Source of the DNA: Bordetella parapertussis
GTDB taxonomy: Bacteria; Pseudomonadota; Gammaproteobacteria; Burkholderiales; SG8-39
NCBI GenBank assembly: GCA_945897475.1
Contig: CAMDFL010000002.1
Coordinates: 4,368-68,367, forward strand
Direction: 5' to 3'
Length of the DNA stretch: 64,000 bases
This document shows positions 9,527-18,392 of the stretch, piece after piece. A program made the position numbers and the translations under genes. Each line of letters opens with the position of its first letter. Position 1 is the stretch's first letter. Under the pieces are notes generated by a model that ran no database searches, had not been told where the DNA came from, and saw only the letters and a list, made by a program, of their open reading frames with translations.

Positions 9527-9715
9527 TCATGCCGCGAGCCGCTTCCTTTGCGCGTTCCAACCGGCCAGGGCAAGCGAAACGGTTTTGGGGACAGGCCACT
9601 TTCGGGCTTCGTAATAGGAGAGCATCCGTCGCGAGACGCCAAGCTCCTCCGCGGCGCTATCCAGCGATAAGCCATGCGAATACGCCATGTATGCAATTCG
9701 TCGGCAGCGTCCCAT
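9527..9715 (-). CDS. XRE-type helix-turn-helix protein (small)
   Basis: GLSLDSAAEELGVSRRMLSYYEARKWPVP is a classic HTH_3 recognition region. Start is ambiguous (TTG 9742, ATG 9715 or ATG 9688). Confidence 0.55.
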   Translation of the reverse strand: MGRCRRIAYMAYSHGLSLDSAAEELGVSRRMLSYYEARKWPVPKTVSLALAGWNAQRKRLAA

Positions 9716-9924
9716 TTGCCATGCTGACGACGATAAAGCCAATCTTGATTTTCTTCAGTACCGTGGGCGGAACGTGGCCTCGAATGACCTCCAGAGATTC
9801 AATTCCGATCAGAGCATCCCGGTCCGGCGTATTGTTGGGAAAATGCGGCGTGAAAATGCGGCGGTGGATGATCTGCCGCGAACACGCACAATTGCACGTT
9901 GCGGATCCGATGCAATGTGGGCAT
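9657..9924 (-). pseudogene. DUF4160-like gene disrupted by a frameshift
   Basis: ATG at 9924 gives MPTLHRIRNVQLCVFAADHPPPHFHAAFSQQYAGPGCSDRN-stop (stop at 9801-9799). The expected continuation ...DRDALIGIESLEVIRGHVPPTVLKKIK is in another frame (track ORF 9657-9959). The MPT...DHxPPHFH...A.I.I..LEV..G.(L/V)P pattern is the DUF4160 signature as I recall it. Confidence 0.5.
9838..9863. repeat. 13-nt tandem duplication (GGAAAATGCGGCG / TGAAAATGCGGCG) causing the frameshift in the DUF4160-like gene
   Basis: Two adjacent 13-nt units at 9838-9850 and 9851-9863, 12/13 identical. Deleting one unit fuses the two reading frames into one ~84-codon ORF (..DHPPPHFHNNTPDRDALIGIESLEV..). Confidence 0.8.
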
Positions 9925-10090
9925 GACGCAGGTGTAGTGCAATGGTTGCACTTTGGCAATGCAATGCGGCGACGGCGAATCCAGGCCCGAGCGCTGCCGC
10001 GAGAAAGGAAAAGTCCGAAGTGGCGAGGGCTGGTATTCTTCGCCCTCCGAAATTCAATTTTTTCAATTCATTACCATTGAAAAGCACACT

Positions 10091-12418
10091 ATGAGCACTC
10101 ACGATTTCAAAGGCCGTCTCGAAGACCATCGCTATGTCACCGGCACCGGCTCCTATACCGGCGACCGAAATATTCCGGGGCAGTTATATGCCCATTTTCT
10201 GCGTTCGGATCGACCGCACGCGCAAATCGTTTCAATTGACACGGCCGACGCGCGGGCGATGAAGGGCGTGCGTGCGGTTCTGACCGGCGACGACATTCTC
10301 GAGGCCGGTTTCAAGCCGCAACCGGTCAATCCCATCGCCGGCAAAAGCCGCGACGGATCGGAACTTGTCAAGACCGTGCGCATGGCGCTGCCGAAGGACA
10401 AAGTTCGTTTCGTCGGCGAGGCCGTGGCCTGCGTGGTCGCCGACACGCTTGCCATTGCCCAGGACGCGGCGGAAAAAATCGTCGTTGACTATCGCGATCT
10501 GCCCCACGTTACGCGCGCGGTGGATTCAATGCAGGCAGGCGCGCCGCAATTGCATGAGGCGGCGCCCGGCAATCGGGTGCTCGATTTCGGCACTGGCAGC
10601 GATGAGGCAAAAGTGATTGATGCGATCAAGGCGGCGAAACATGTCGTCAAGCTCTCGCTCTACAACAATCGCGTGGTCGCCAATCCCATGGAAAACCGCA
10701 CTGCGATCGCGCATCATGATGCCGCGAAAGACCACACCACCTTCTATTCAGTGTCGCAGGGCGTCAACGGCCTGCGCGCTAGCCTGTGCGGTGTGTTGGG
10801 TGTGACGGATGACAAGCTTCACGTCGAGTCCTACGACGTGGGCGGCGCGTTTGGCGTGCGCTCGCAGATATACCCTGAGTATCCGGTGTTGATCCTTGCA
10901 TCGAAGAAACTGGGCAAACCGGTGAAATGGAGCAACAGCCGTTCCGAGACCTTCTTGACCGACGAGCAGGGCCGCGATGTGGTCAGCACCGGGGAACTGG
11001 CGCTGGATGAGAACGGCAAGTTCCTCGCCATGAGGTTTTCGTTTATTACCAATTTGGGCGCCTACACCACCACCAGCGGCGCGTTCATTAATTTCCGCGC
11101 CACCGCGCCGATCACCGGCCTCTATGACGTGCCGCTCGCCTATGGCCGCAACCAGATGTTCGTCACCAATACCACGCCGATGGCCGCGTATCGAGGCGCG
11201 GGGCGCCCGATCATGTCTTCGATGCTTGAGCGCCTGGTGGGCCAAGCCGCGCGCGATATGAAAATCGATCCTGCCGAGTTGCGCCGCCGCAATATGATTC
11301 CCAAGGACAAGTTTCCGTACACACTGGTCAACGGCAGCGTCTATGACTCCGGCGATCCTCTTGGCGTGCTGGCGGACGCAACCAAAGAGGCCAACTGGGG
11401 TGACGCCGCCGTGTGGGAAGCGCGCAAGGCCGAAGCGAAGAAACGCGGCAAGCTGCTGGGGCGCGGAATGGCTGCTTGCATCGAATCCACCGCCGGTTCC
11501 TCGGTGGATGAAGTTGAGCTGCGCTTCAACCCGGAGGGCAAAGTCAGCATCTACTGCAACACCAAATCTACCGGGCAGGGCCATGAAACCGCGTTCGCGC
11601 AGGTGGCCGCCGAAGCACTTGGATTGCCGCTTGAGAACATGCGCGTCATCGAGGGCGACCCCAACGTACGGGTGCAGGGCGGCGGTTCGGGTGGTTCGCG
11701 TTCCATGCAGTTCGGCGGCAGCGCGGTGTTAATTGGTTCACGCGAAGTCATCAAGAAGGCCGCAACACTCGCGGCCAAGGAGCTTGAGGCCGCCGAATCT
11801 GATATTGAATTCGAACACGGAAAATTCAAGATCAAAGGCACCGACCGCAGCGTGGCGTTGCAGGCCTTGATACAGAAAAACCCGGGCGCTTTGGACTCCA
11901 AGGTGCAGGGCAAGCACGACCCGACCTGGCCCAACGGCTGCCACATCGCCGAAGTCGAAATCGAGGAATCCACCGGCGAAGTCGAGATGCTCTCCTACAT
12001 TGCCTGCGACGACGCTGGCAACATCATCAATCACCAATTGGTTGAAGGACAGATGCATGGCGGTCTGGCGCAGGGTTGCGGCCAGGTGCTGGGCGAACAC
12101 GCACTCTACGATCCGCAGACCGGCCAGATGCTTTCGGGCAGCTTCATGGATTACTTCATGCCGCGCGCCGGGTTCCTGGGAAAGATCACCCTGCTCGACC
12201 ACCCAGTTCCCACGCTCACCAATCCGCTGGGCGCGAAGGGCTGCGGCGAGGCGGGTGTGACCGGATCATTACCGACCATGATGAACGCGATTCTCGATGC
12301 GCTCGCCCCAGCGGGCGTGACGCATCTGGACATGCCCTGCACGCCTTCGCGCGTGTGGACCGCGATGCAGGCGGCGAAGGCGGGCAAGCCTGCGGCGATG
12401 GCGGTGGCGCAGCCGTGA
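10091..12418 (+). CDS. xanthine dehydrogenase/CO dehydrogenase-family molybdopterin-binding large subunit (form II CoxL-like)
   Basis: Track ORF trimmed to MSTHDFKGRLEDHRYVTGTGSYTGD (ATG 10091), the standard N-terminus of this family. Active-site loop AYRGAGR at aa 366-372 (nt 11186-11206). Conserved C-terminal GAKGCGEAG. Confidence 0.9.
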   Translation: MSTHDFKGRLEDHRYVTGTGSYTGDRNIPGQLYAHFLRSDRPHAQIVSIDTADARAMKGVRAVLTGDDILEAGFKPQPVNPIAGKSRDGSELVKTVRMALPKDKVRFVGEAVACVVADTLAIAQDAAEKIVVDYRDLPHVTRAVDSMQAGAPQLHEAAPGNRVLDFGTGSDEAKVIDAIKAAKHVVKLSLYNNRVVANPMENRTAIAHHDAAKDHTTFYSVSQGVNGLRASLCGVLGVTDDKLHVESYDVGGAFGVRSQIYPEYPVLILASKKLGKPVKWSNSRSETFLTDEQGRDVVSTGELALDENGKFLAMRFSFITNLGAYTTTSGAFINFRATAPITGLYDVPLAYGRNQMFVTNTTPMAAYRGAGRPIMSSMLERLVGQAARDMKIDPAELRRRNMIPKDKFPYTLVNGSVYDSGDPLGVLADATKEANWGDAAVWEARKAEAKKRGKLLGRGMAACIESTAGSSVDEVELRFNPEGKVSIYCNTKSTGQGHETAFAQVAAEALGLPLENMRVIEGDPNVRVQGGGSGGSRSMQFGGSAVLIGSREVIKKAATLAAKELEAAESDIEFEHGKFKIKGTDRSVALQALIQKNPGALDSKVQGKHDPTWPNGCHIAEVEIEESTGEVEMLSYIACDDAGNIINHQLVEGQMHGGLAQGCGQVLGEHALYDPQTGQMLSGSFMDYFMPRAGFLGKITLLDHPVPTLTNPLGAKGCGEAGVTGSLPTMMNAILDALAPAGVTHLDMPCTPSRVWTAMQAAKAGKPAAMAVAQP

Positions 12419-12480
12419 TTGTCAAAATGGAAACGTGATGGCAACGATTTAACCATCATGCGTCGAAACAAAAATAAAGG

Positions 12481-12506
12481 CCCCAGGACATATCCTGGGG
12501 TTTTTT
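12481..12506 (+). terminator. rho-independent terminator
   Basis: CCCCAGGA-cata-TCCTGGGG stem-loop followed by TTTTTT. It lies 63 nt after the molybdoenzyme stop and 18 nt before the rtcB ATG. Confidence 0.8.
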
Positions 12507-12524
12507 GCTTTCTGGGCCATTGAT

Positions 12525-13745
12525 ATGAGCATTCATATGACGCTCAACCAAGGTCGCGTTCCCGTGAAGGTGTGGACGCGGGACATTGAGCCGGAAGCAA
12601 TCCAGCAGTTGGTGAACGCATCCCAACTGCCGATTATCCATGGTCATATCGCGGCCATGCCGGACGTGCATTTGGGTATCGGCGCCACCGTAGGTTCGGT
12701 GATTCCGACCAAGTCGGCGATCATTCCGGCCGCGGTCGGCGTGGATATCGGTTGCGGCATGAACGCGGTGCGCCTGTCGATCAAGGCCTCTGACTTACCC
12801 GACAGCCTCTACCGCGTTCGCACCGCGATCGAATCGGCGGTTCCGGTGGGCTTCTCGCAACACGATGCGAGCAGGCTGCGCGGTTCGCAGCACGCCCGCA
12901 CCGCGCGCCCGCTAAACCAACGCCTGGACATGATCGCCGACAAGCACCCGGCCTTGGCCAAGATGCAAAAGCGCTTTAACGAAACCTGGATCTGCCAGCT
13001 GGGAACGCTCGGTGGCGGCAACCACTTCATCGAGTTGTGCCTCGATGAGGAGCAGTACGTATGGGTGATGCTCCACTCGGGCTCGCGCGGCATCGGCAAT
13101 GTGATGGGGCGGTACTTTATCCAAGCGGCAAAGAAGGATATGCGCCGCCACAAGATGAATCTGCCGGATGCGGATCTGGCTTATTTCTCGGAAGGCTCGA
13201 CCTGGTTTGACGACTACGTTGAAGCGGTGGGATGGGCGCAGGATTACGCGCTGGGCAATCGTGGCGAGATGATGCGCCTGGTATTGGAGGTATTGGAGCG
13301 CGAGCTCTCGCCAAAGCCTGGCGCATGGAAAGTGATGGGCGAAGCCATCAACTGCCATCACAACTACGTGCAGAAGGAGACGCATTTTGGTGAGAACGTG
13401 TTTGTGACGCGCAAGGGCGCGATTAGTGCGCGTGAGGGCGAGTTGGGCATTATCCCTGGCAGCATGGGGACGAAGTCCTACATCGTGCGGGGGCTGGGTA
13501 ACGAGCAGTCGTTTTGCTCGTGCTCGCATGGGGCGGGACGGCGCATGAGCCGTACCGCTGCGCGGCGCATGTTCAGCCGCGAGGATCTCGAGGCGCAGAC
13601 CCTGGGTGTCGAATGTCGAAAAGACGGTGGTGTGTTGGATGAAATCCCCGCCGCCTATAAGGACATCGATGTGGTGATGGCCAATCAGAGCGACTTGGTC
13701 GAAATCGTTCATACATTGAAACAGCTGGTGTGCGTCAAAGGGTGA
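12525..13745 (+). CDS. rtcB: RNA 3'-phosphate/2',3'-cyclic phosphate ligase RtcB
   Basis: AMPDVHLGIGATVGSVIPT, AAVGVDIGCGM, GGGNHFIE, HSGSRGIGN, INCHHNY and CSHGAGR are all diagnostic RtcB blocks. Start could be 12525 or 12537. Confidence 0.95.
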   Translation: MSIHMTLNQGRVPVKVWTRDIEPEAIQQLVNASQLPIIHGHIAAMPDVHLGIGATVGSVIPTKSAIIPAAVGVDIGCGMNAVRLSIKASDLPDSLYRVRTAIESAVPVGFSQHDASRLRGSQHARTARPLNQRLDMIADKHPALAKMQKRFNETWICQLGTLGGGNHFIELCLDEEQYVWVMLHSGSRGIGNVMGRYFIQAAKKDMRRHKMNLPDADLAYFSEGSTWFDDYVEAVGWAQDYALGNRGEMMRLVLEVLERELSPKPGAWKVMGEAINCHHNYVQKETHFGENVFVTRKGAISAREGELGIIPGSMGTKSYIVRGLGNEQSFCSCSHGAGRRMSRTAARRMFSREDLEAQTLGVECRKDGGVLDEIPAAYKDIDVVMANQSDLVEIVHTLKQLVCVKG

Positions 13746-13812
13746 AGGACGCAATGACATTACCTGCACCTGCGTAGCCGGAACCAGACGGGATGTTATT
13801 GAGGCCACCTTT

Positions 13813-13861
13813 CCCGCTGACAGGTAGAGTTGCAAAAAGAGCAACTCTACCTGTCAGCGGG
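13813..13861. repeat. perfect 21-bp inverted repeat (hairpin, 7-nt loop)
   Basis: CCCGCTGACAGGTAGAGTTGC-aaaaaga-GCAACTCTACCTGTCAGCGGG, 68 nt after the rtcB stop. No U-tract on either side. Confidence 0.85.
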
Positions 13862-13925
13862 ATTCATACAAACATAAGTGCATAAGCAACCTAACGTAAA
13901 ACATGTTTCATTAAAAGGATTCGCC

Positions 13926-14972
13926 ATGCATGATGAACTTCTACTCGTGGGCAGCCTACCCCTGGATTCGGCCGAGGATGTTTTTAAAACCTTCGGCACG
14001 CCCTTGGGCAAGCATCTCAACGCGATTCCAGATGGAGAGATCGGTCCGCGCCGAAACTGGGTCAGCCGCGTGCACTACCAGGTGTTTGCCGCGCATCAGC
14101 AGTTGGAGCATGTTCGTCATCCGCGGCCGGATAAGGGCATTGAGCGACAGTTTCCGCATGATGACAGCGACGGCTGGCAGTTCCGCGTGCGTTCGGGAAT
14201 CGACAATGTGACTTTTGGCGATCCGGGATGGCGGCTGGGTTATGCGCGCGACGCGCTCAATTCCTATTTTGTGTTTCGCACGCTGAAGGAAAAAGGTGTG
14301 TTGCCTGCGCATCTGCGCTTTCAGGTTTCGATACCCATGGTCAATAGTGTGGTTGCCTCGCGCACCTTCCCCAATCCGGCCGATCTGAACAAAGTGCGCC
14401 CTTCTTATGAGGCCGCGTTGCGCGACGAGGTGCTGAATATTTGCACGCTCATTCCGCATGATGAACTGGCGATCCAGTGGGATCTGGCGCGCGAGATCAG
14501 CGACATCCACGGCATCATTGCCGGTTCGCCGATTGAGGGCTCAATCGAACGCAATCTAGGGCAGGTGCCGGGATTATCTGCGTCTATTCCCGAAAAGGTT
14601 CAGCTCGGCTATCACTTCTGCTTTGGCACCCTGGGTGGCTGGCCGCGCTTTTCTCCTGCGAATCTTTCGCGAACGGTGTTATTCGCCAATGCGGTGGTCG
14701 AGGCATCGGGACGACGCGTCGATTGGCTACACCTGCCCTTGTTGGACAAATGCGACGATGCCTTCGTTGCACCGCTCGCCGATCTGAAACCGCGCGGCGC
14801 GCGTGTCTATCTTGGCGTGGTGCATAACATGGCGGGTTATCAGGCGCGAGTCGCCATGGCAAGAAAATATTTGCCTGAATTTGGCGTAGGTGCTTATTGT
14901 GGACTCGGACGGACTCCTCCTGAAGGCGTGCTCGACATTTTGCGTGAGCACCGTGAGGCTGTCGGGGAGTAA
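13926..14972 (+). CDS. hypothetical protein, possibly MetE/UROD-like TIM-barrel fold
   Basis: Track ORF trimmed to MHDELLLVGSLP (ATG 13926 after AAAGGA). Strings AIPDGE, LAIQWDLAREI, GYHFCFG, WLHLP, YLGVVH and AYCGLGR resemble the strand-end motifs and His/Cys/Cys metal ligands of cobalamin-independent methyltransferase-like proteins. Weak, motif-level call only. Confidence 0.35.
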   Translation: MHDELLLVGSLPLDSAEDVFKTFGTPLGKHLNAIPDGEIGPRRNWVSRVHYQVFAAHQQLEHVRHPRPDKGIERQFPHDDSDGWQFRVRSGIDNVTFGDPGWRLGYARDALNSYFVFRTLKEKGVLPAHLRFQVSIPMVNSVVASRTFPNPADLNKVRPSYEAALRDEVLNICTLIPHDELAIQWDLAREISDIHGIIAGSPIEGSIERNLGQVPGLSASIPEKVQLGYHFCFGTLGGWPRFSPANLSRTVLFANAVVEASGRRVDWLHLPLLDKCDDAFVAPLADLKPRGARVYLGVVHNMAGYQARVAMARKYLPEFGVGAYCGLGRTPPEGVLDILREHREAVGE

Positions 14973-15176
14973 TAGTTTCGGTTCCGTGTCACGCGGGCTG
15001 CGCAAAGCCACCCGCTGACCGGCGATTTGGGCGTATTGCCCGACTTTGGCAATTTTTGGCGTCGAATTGCGCCATTTCCTTCCTTCTGTTCAAACGATGG
15101 CGCTATCGCGCCAGGGGCTACCTTGGTATTGCCGATTTCTTATTTGGAGGTTGTGAATACCATAGGGAGCAGTGCC

Positions 15177-17102
15177 ATGATCGAACTACTTGAACGCTAC
15201 AAAGCCCGTTACACCGAATCGCAGGACGAGGAAATGTCGCTCGAGGACTATCTCGAACTGTGCAAGCGCGATGCCAGCGCTTACGCCAGCGCCGCGGAGC
15301 GCATGCTCGCCGCGATCGGCGAACCCGAAATCGTTGAGACGCGCAATGACCCGCGTCTTTCGCGCCTGTTTTCCAACCGCGTGATCAAGCGCTATCCCGC
15401 GTTTGCCGAGTTCTACGGCATGGAGGACGTGATCGCGCAGATCGTCGCTTTCTTCAAGCATGCAGCGCAGGGCCTGGAGGAGCGCAAGCAAGTACTCTAT
15501 TTGCTGGGACCGGTTGGCGGCGGAAAATCTTCTATCGCCGAACGATTGAAGCAGTTAATGGAAGCCAGGCCGATCTACGCGCTTTGCGGATCGCCGATCA
15601 ACGAATCCCCGCTGGGCCTGTTCCCGGCCACGCAGTATGGCGCGGTACTCGAGTCGGAGTACGCTATTCCGAACCGCTATTTGAGCGGCATCATGTCGCC
15701 CTGGGCGATCAAGCGCTTGCGGGAATTCGGCGGTGACGTCACGCGCTTCCGCGTGGTGCGGGTGCAGCCCTCGGTGCTGCGGCAGATCGCGATTTCCAAG
15801 ACCGAACCGGGCGACGAGAACAACCAGGACATCAGCTCGCTGGTGGGCAAGGTGGATATCCGCAAGCTCGACCAATACTCGCAGAACGATGCCGATGCAT
15901 ACAGCTATTCCGGCGGGCTGTGCCTGGCCAATCAGGGATTGCTTGAATTTGTCGAGATGTTCAAGGCGCCGATCAAGATGCTGCATCCGCTCCTGACCGC
16001 CACCCAGGAAGGCAACTTCAAGGGCACCGAGGGTATATCGGCGATTCCATTCAACGGGGTGATCCTGGCGCACTCGAATGAATCGGAGTGGCAGAGCTTT
16101 CGCAACAACAAGCATAACGAGGCCTTCCTCGACCGGATCTACATCGTCAAGGTGCCTTACTGTCTGCAGGTGACCGAGGAGGTAAAGATCTATGGCAAGT
16201 TGCTCGCCAACAGTTCGCTCGCCAAATCGCCTTGCGCGCCGGGGACGCTCGAGATGATGGCGCAGTTCTCAGTACTCTCGCGCTTGAAATCGCCCGAGAA
16301 TTCGAGCATCCACTCCAAAATGCGCGTCTATGACGGCGAGAGCCTGAAGGACGTGGACCCCAAGGCCAAGGCCTACCAGGAGTACCGCGACTTTGCCGGC
16401 AGCGACGAGGGAATGATCGGTGTGTCGACGCGCTTTGCCTACAAAATCCTGTCCTCCGTCTTCAACTACGATCAGACCGAGGTCGCTGCCAATCCGGTGC
16501 ATCTCATGTATGTGCTCGAGCAGCGCATCGCTCGCGAAGATTTGCCGGAGGAAATGCAGCGCCGCTATCTGGAATTCATCAAAGGCTGGCTCGCGCCGCG
16601 GTATGCCGAATTCATCGGCAAGGAAATACAGACTTCTTATCTGGAGTCCTATTCCGAGTACGGGCAAAATATTTTCGACCGCTATGTGACCTATGCCGAT
16701 TGCTGGATTCAGGACGAGGATTTCCGCGATCCGGATACCGGTGAATGCTTTGATCGGGCGGCGCTGAATGTGGAGCTTGAGAAAATCGAGAAGCCCGCGG
16801 GAATCGCCAATCCCAAGGACTATCGAAATGAGATCGTCAACTTCGTGCTGCGCGCACGCGCCAATCATGGCGGCCAGAATCCGGCGTGGAACAGCTACGA
16901 GAAGCTGCGCGAGGTGATCGAGAAAAAGATGTTCTCCAATACCGAGGATCTGCTGCCGGTGATTTCTTTCAACGCCAAGGCCTCGGCCGACGACAGCCGC
17001 AAGCATCAGAATTTCGTCGACCGCATGGTCGAGAAGGGTTACACCGCCAAACAGGTCCGCCTGCTTTCCGAATGGTACTTACGGGTGCGCAAGTCAGCCT
17101 GA
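15177..17102 (+). CDS. prkA: PrkA/YeaG-family serine protein kinase (AAA+ N-domain)
   Basis: Track ORF trimmed to MIELLERYKARY (ATG 15177 after AGGGAG). Walker A GPVGGGKSS; conserved PrkA blocks LEFVEMFKAPIKMLHPLLTATQEGNF and NEAFLDRIYIVKVPY. Confidence 0.9.
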   Translation: MIELLERYKARYTESQDEEMSLEDYLELCKRDASAYASAAERMLAAIGEPEIVETRNDPRLSRLFSNRVIKRYPAFAEFYGMEDVIAQIVAFFKHAAQGLEERKQVLYLLGPVGGGKSSIAERLKQLMEARPIYALCGSPINESPLGLFPATQYGAVLESEYAIPNRYLSGIMSPWAIKRLREFGGDVTRFRVVRVQPSVLRQIAISKTEPGDENNQDISSLVGKVDIRKLDQYSQNDADAYSYSGGLCLANQGLLEFVEMFKAPIKMLHPLLTATQEGNFKGTEGISAIPFNGVILAHSNESEWQSFRNNKHNEAFLDRIYIVKVPYCLQVTEEVKIYGKLLANSSLAKSPCAPGTLEMMAQFSVLSRLKSPENSSIHSKMRVYDGESLKDVDPKAKAYQEYRDFAGSDEGMIGVSTRFAYKILSSVFNYDQTEVAANPVHLMYVLEQRIAREDLPEEMQRRYLEFIKGWLAPRYAEFIGKEIQTSYLESYSEYGQNIFDRYVTYADCWIQDEDFRDPDTGECFDRAALNVELEKIEKPAGIANPKDYRNEIVNFVLRARANHGGQNPAWNSYEKLREVIEKKMFSNTEDLLPVISFNAKASADDSRKHQNFVDRMVEKGYTAKQVRLLSEWYLRVRKSA

Positions 17103-17132
17103 TTTCAGACGCAACGAGAGACGGGGGCGTAA

Positions 17133-18392
17133 GTGATCAATCTCATTGACCGGCGTCTGAACGGGCGTAACAAGAGTGCTGCTAACCGCGAGCGTTTTCT
17201 GCGGCGCTACAAGGAGCAGATCAGGAAGTCGGTACAGGACATGGCCGGTGAGCGCTCCATTGCCGACATGGACAAAGGCGGGGAAGTGCGCATTCCCGCC
17301 AGGGATATTGCTGAACCGCATTTCCGCCATGGCAGTGGCGGCGACCGGGAGACGGTGCATCCAGGTAACCGGGAATTCGTCAAAGGCGACACCGTCCGGC
17401 GCCCACAGGGAGGCTCTGGCGCCGGGGGCAGCGATCCCGGCACGGGCGAGAGTGTCGATGACTTCGCCTTCAGCCTGTCGCGCGAGGAATTTCTGGCGCT
17501 GTTTTTCGATGAGCTTGAACTGCCGCGCCTGCTGCGTAACGCGCTTGGGCAGGCGACGCAGAAGAAATGGATCAATGCCGGGTTTGTCAGGGAGGGCGCG
17601 CAGTGCAATCTGTCGGTCCTGCGCACCTTGAAAATCGCGCTGGGCCGGCGAATCGCGATCTCGGCCGCAATCCGCGCGCGGCTGGAGGATGCACGCGAGC
17701 GCCTGCTAAATGCACGCACGGTCAATCTGGCGCACGAGGAGATCGCGGCGCTGGAGGCCGAAATCCTTGTTCTCGAAGCGCGTCTGGGACGCGTGCCATA
17801 CCTGGACGAACTGGATCTGCGCTTTCGTAATCGAATCGCTGTTCCCTCTCCGGTCGCCCGCGCGGTGATGTTCTGCCTTATGGATGTCTCGGCCTCGATG
17901 GACGAGCAACGCAAGGATCTCGCCAAGCGTTTCTTCACCATGTTGTATCTGTTCCTGTCGCGCAAGTATGAGCGTGTGGATCTGGTGTTCATCCGCCATA
18001 CCGACGAACCCGAGGAGGTGGACGAGAACACGTTTTTCCACGATACAAAAAGCGGCGGGACGGTGGTTCTCACCGCGCTAGCACTCGCGCACCAGATCGC
18101 GACGACGCGCTATACGGGTTCCGGCTGGAATTTGTATCTGGCGCAGGCCTCCGACGGCGATGCGTTTGGCGCCGATGCCGGCAAGAGCGCGCGCTTTATC
18201 GCCGAGAACCTGTTGCCGCTGCTGCGCTACTACGCCTACATCGAAGTGCACGATGCCGGCAATTCCCGATTGAGCAGTCTGTGGGGCAGCTACCAGACGC
18301 TATCAGATGACAATTTTGCCATGCGCAGCGTTGGCGAGCGCGCGCAAATCTATCCGGTATTCCGCGATCTGTTTAAAAAGGAGGCCGCATGA
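17133..18392 (+). CDS. yeaH: YeaH/YhbH family protein (DUF444, vWA-like)
   Basis: N-terminus (M)INLIDRRLNGRNKSAANRERFLRRYKEQI is near-identical in pattern to YeaH. GTG start at 17133. Follows prkA. Confidence 0.9.
   Translation: MINLIDRRLNGRNKSAANRERFLRRYKEQIRKSVQDMAGERSIADMDKGGEVRIPARDIAEPHFRHGSGGDRETVHPGNREFVKGDTVRRPQGGSGAGGSDPGTGESVDDFAFSLSREEFLALFFDELELPRLLRNALGQATQKKWINAGFVREGAQCNLSVLRTLKIALGRRIAISAAIRARLEDARERLLNARTVNLAHEEIAALEAEILVLEARLGRVPYLDELDLRFRNRIAVPSPVARAVMFCLMDVSASMDEQRKDLAKRFFTMLYLFLSRKYERVDLVFIRHTDEPEEVDENTFFHDTKSGGTVVLTALALAHQIATTRYTGSGWNLYLAQASDGDAFGADAGKSARFIAENLLPLLRYYAYIEVHDAGNSRLSSLWGSYQTLSDDNFAMRSVGERAQIYPVFRDLFKKEAA

Noticed and set aside
12912-13844. 310-aa reverse-strand ORF
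   Set aside because: Antisense to rtcB, which is unambiguous. No motifs.
15046-15060. Sigma-54-like TTGGCAATTTTTGGC upstream of prkA
   Set aside because: The GG-to-GC spacing is one nucleotide shorter than the invariant TGGCAC-N5-TTGC geometry. Not called.
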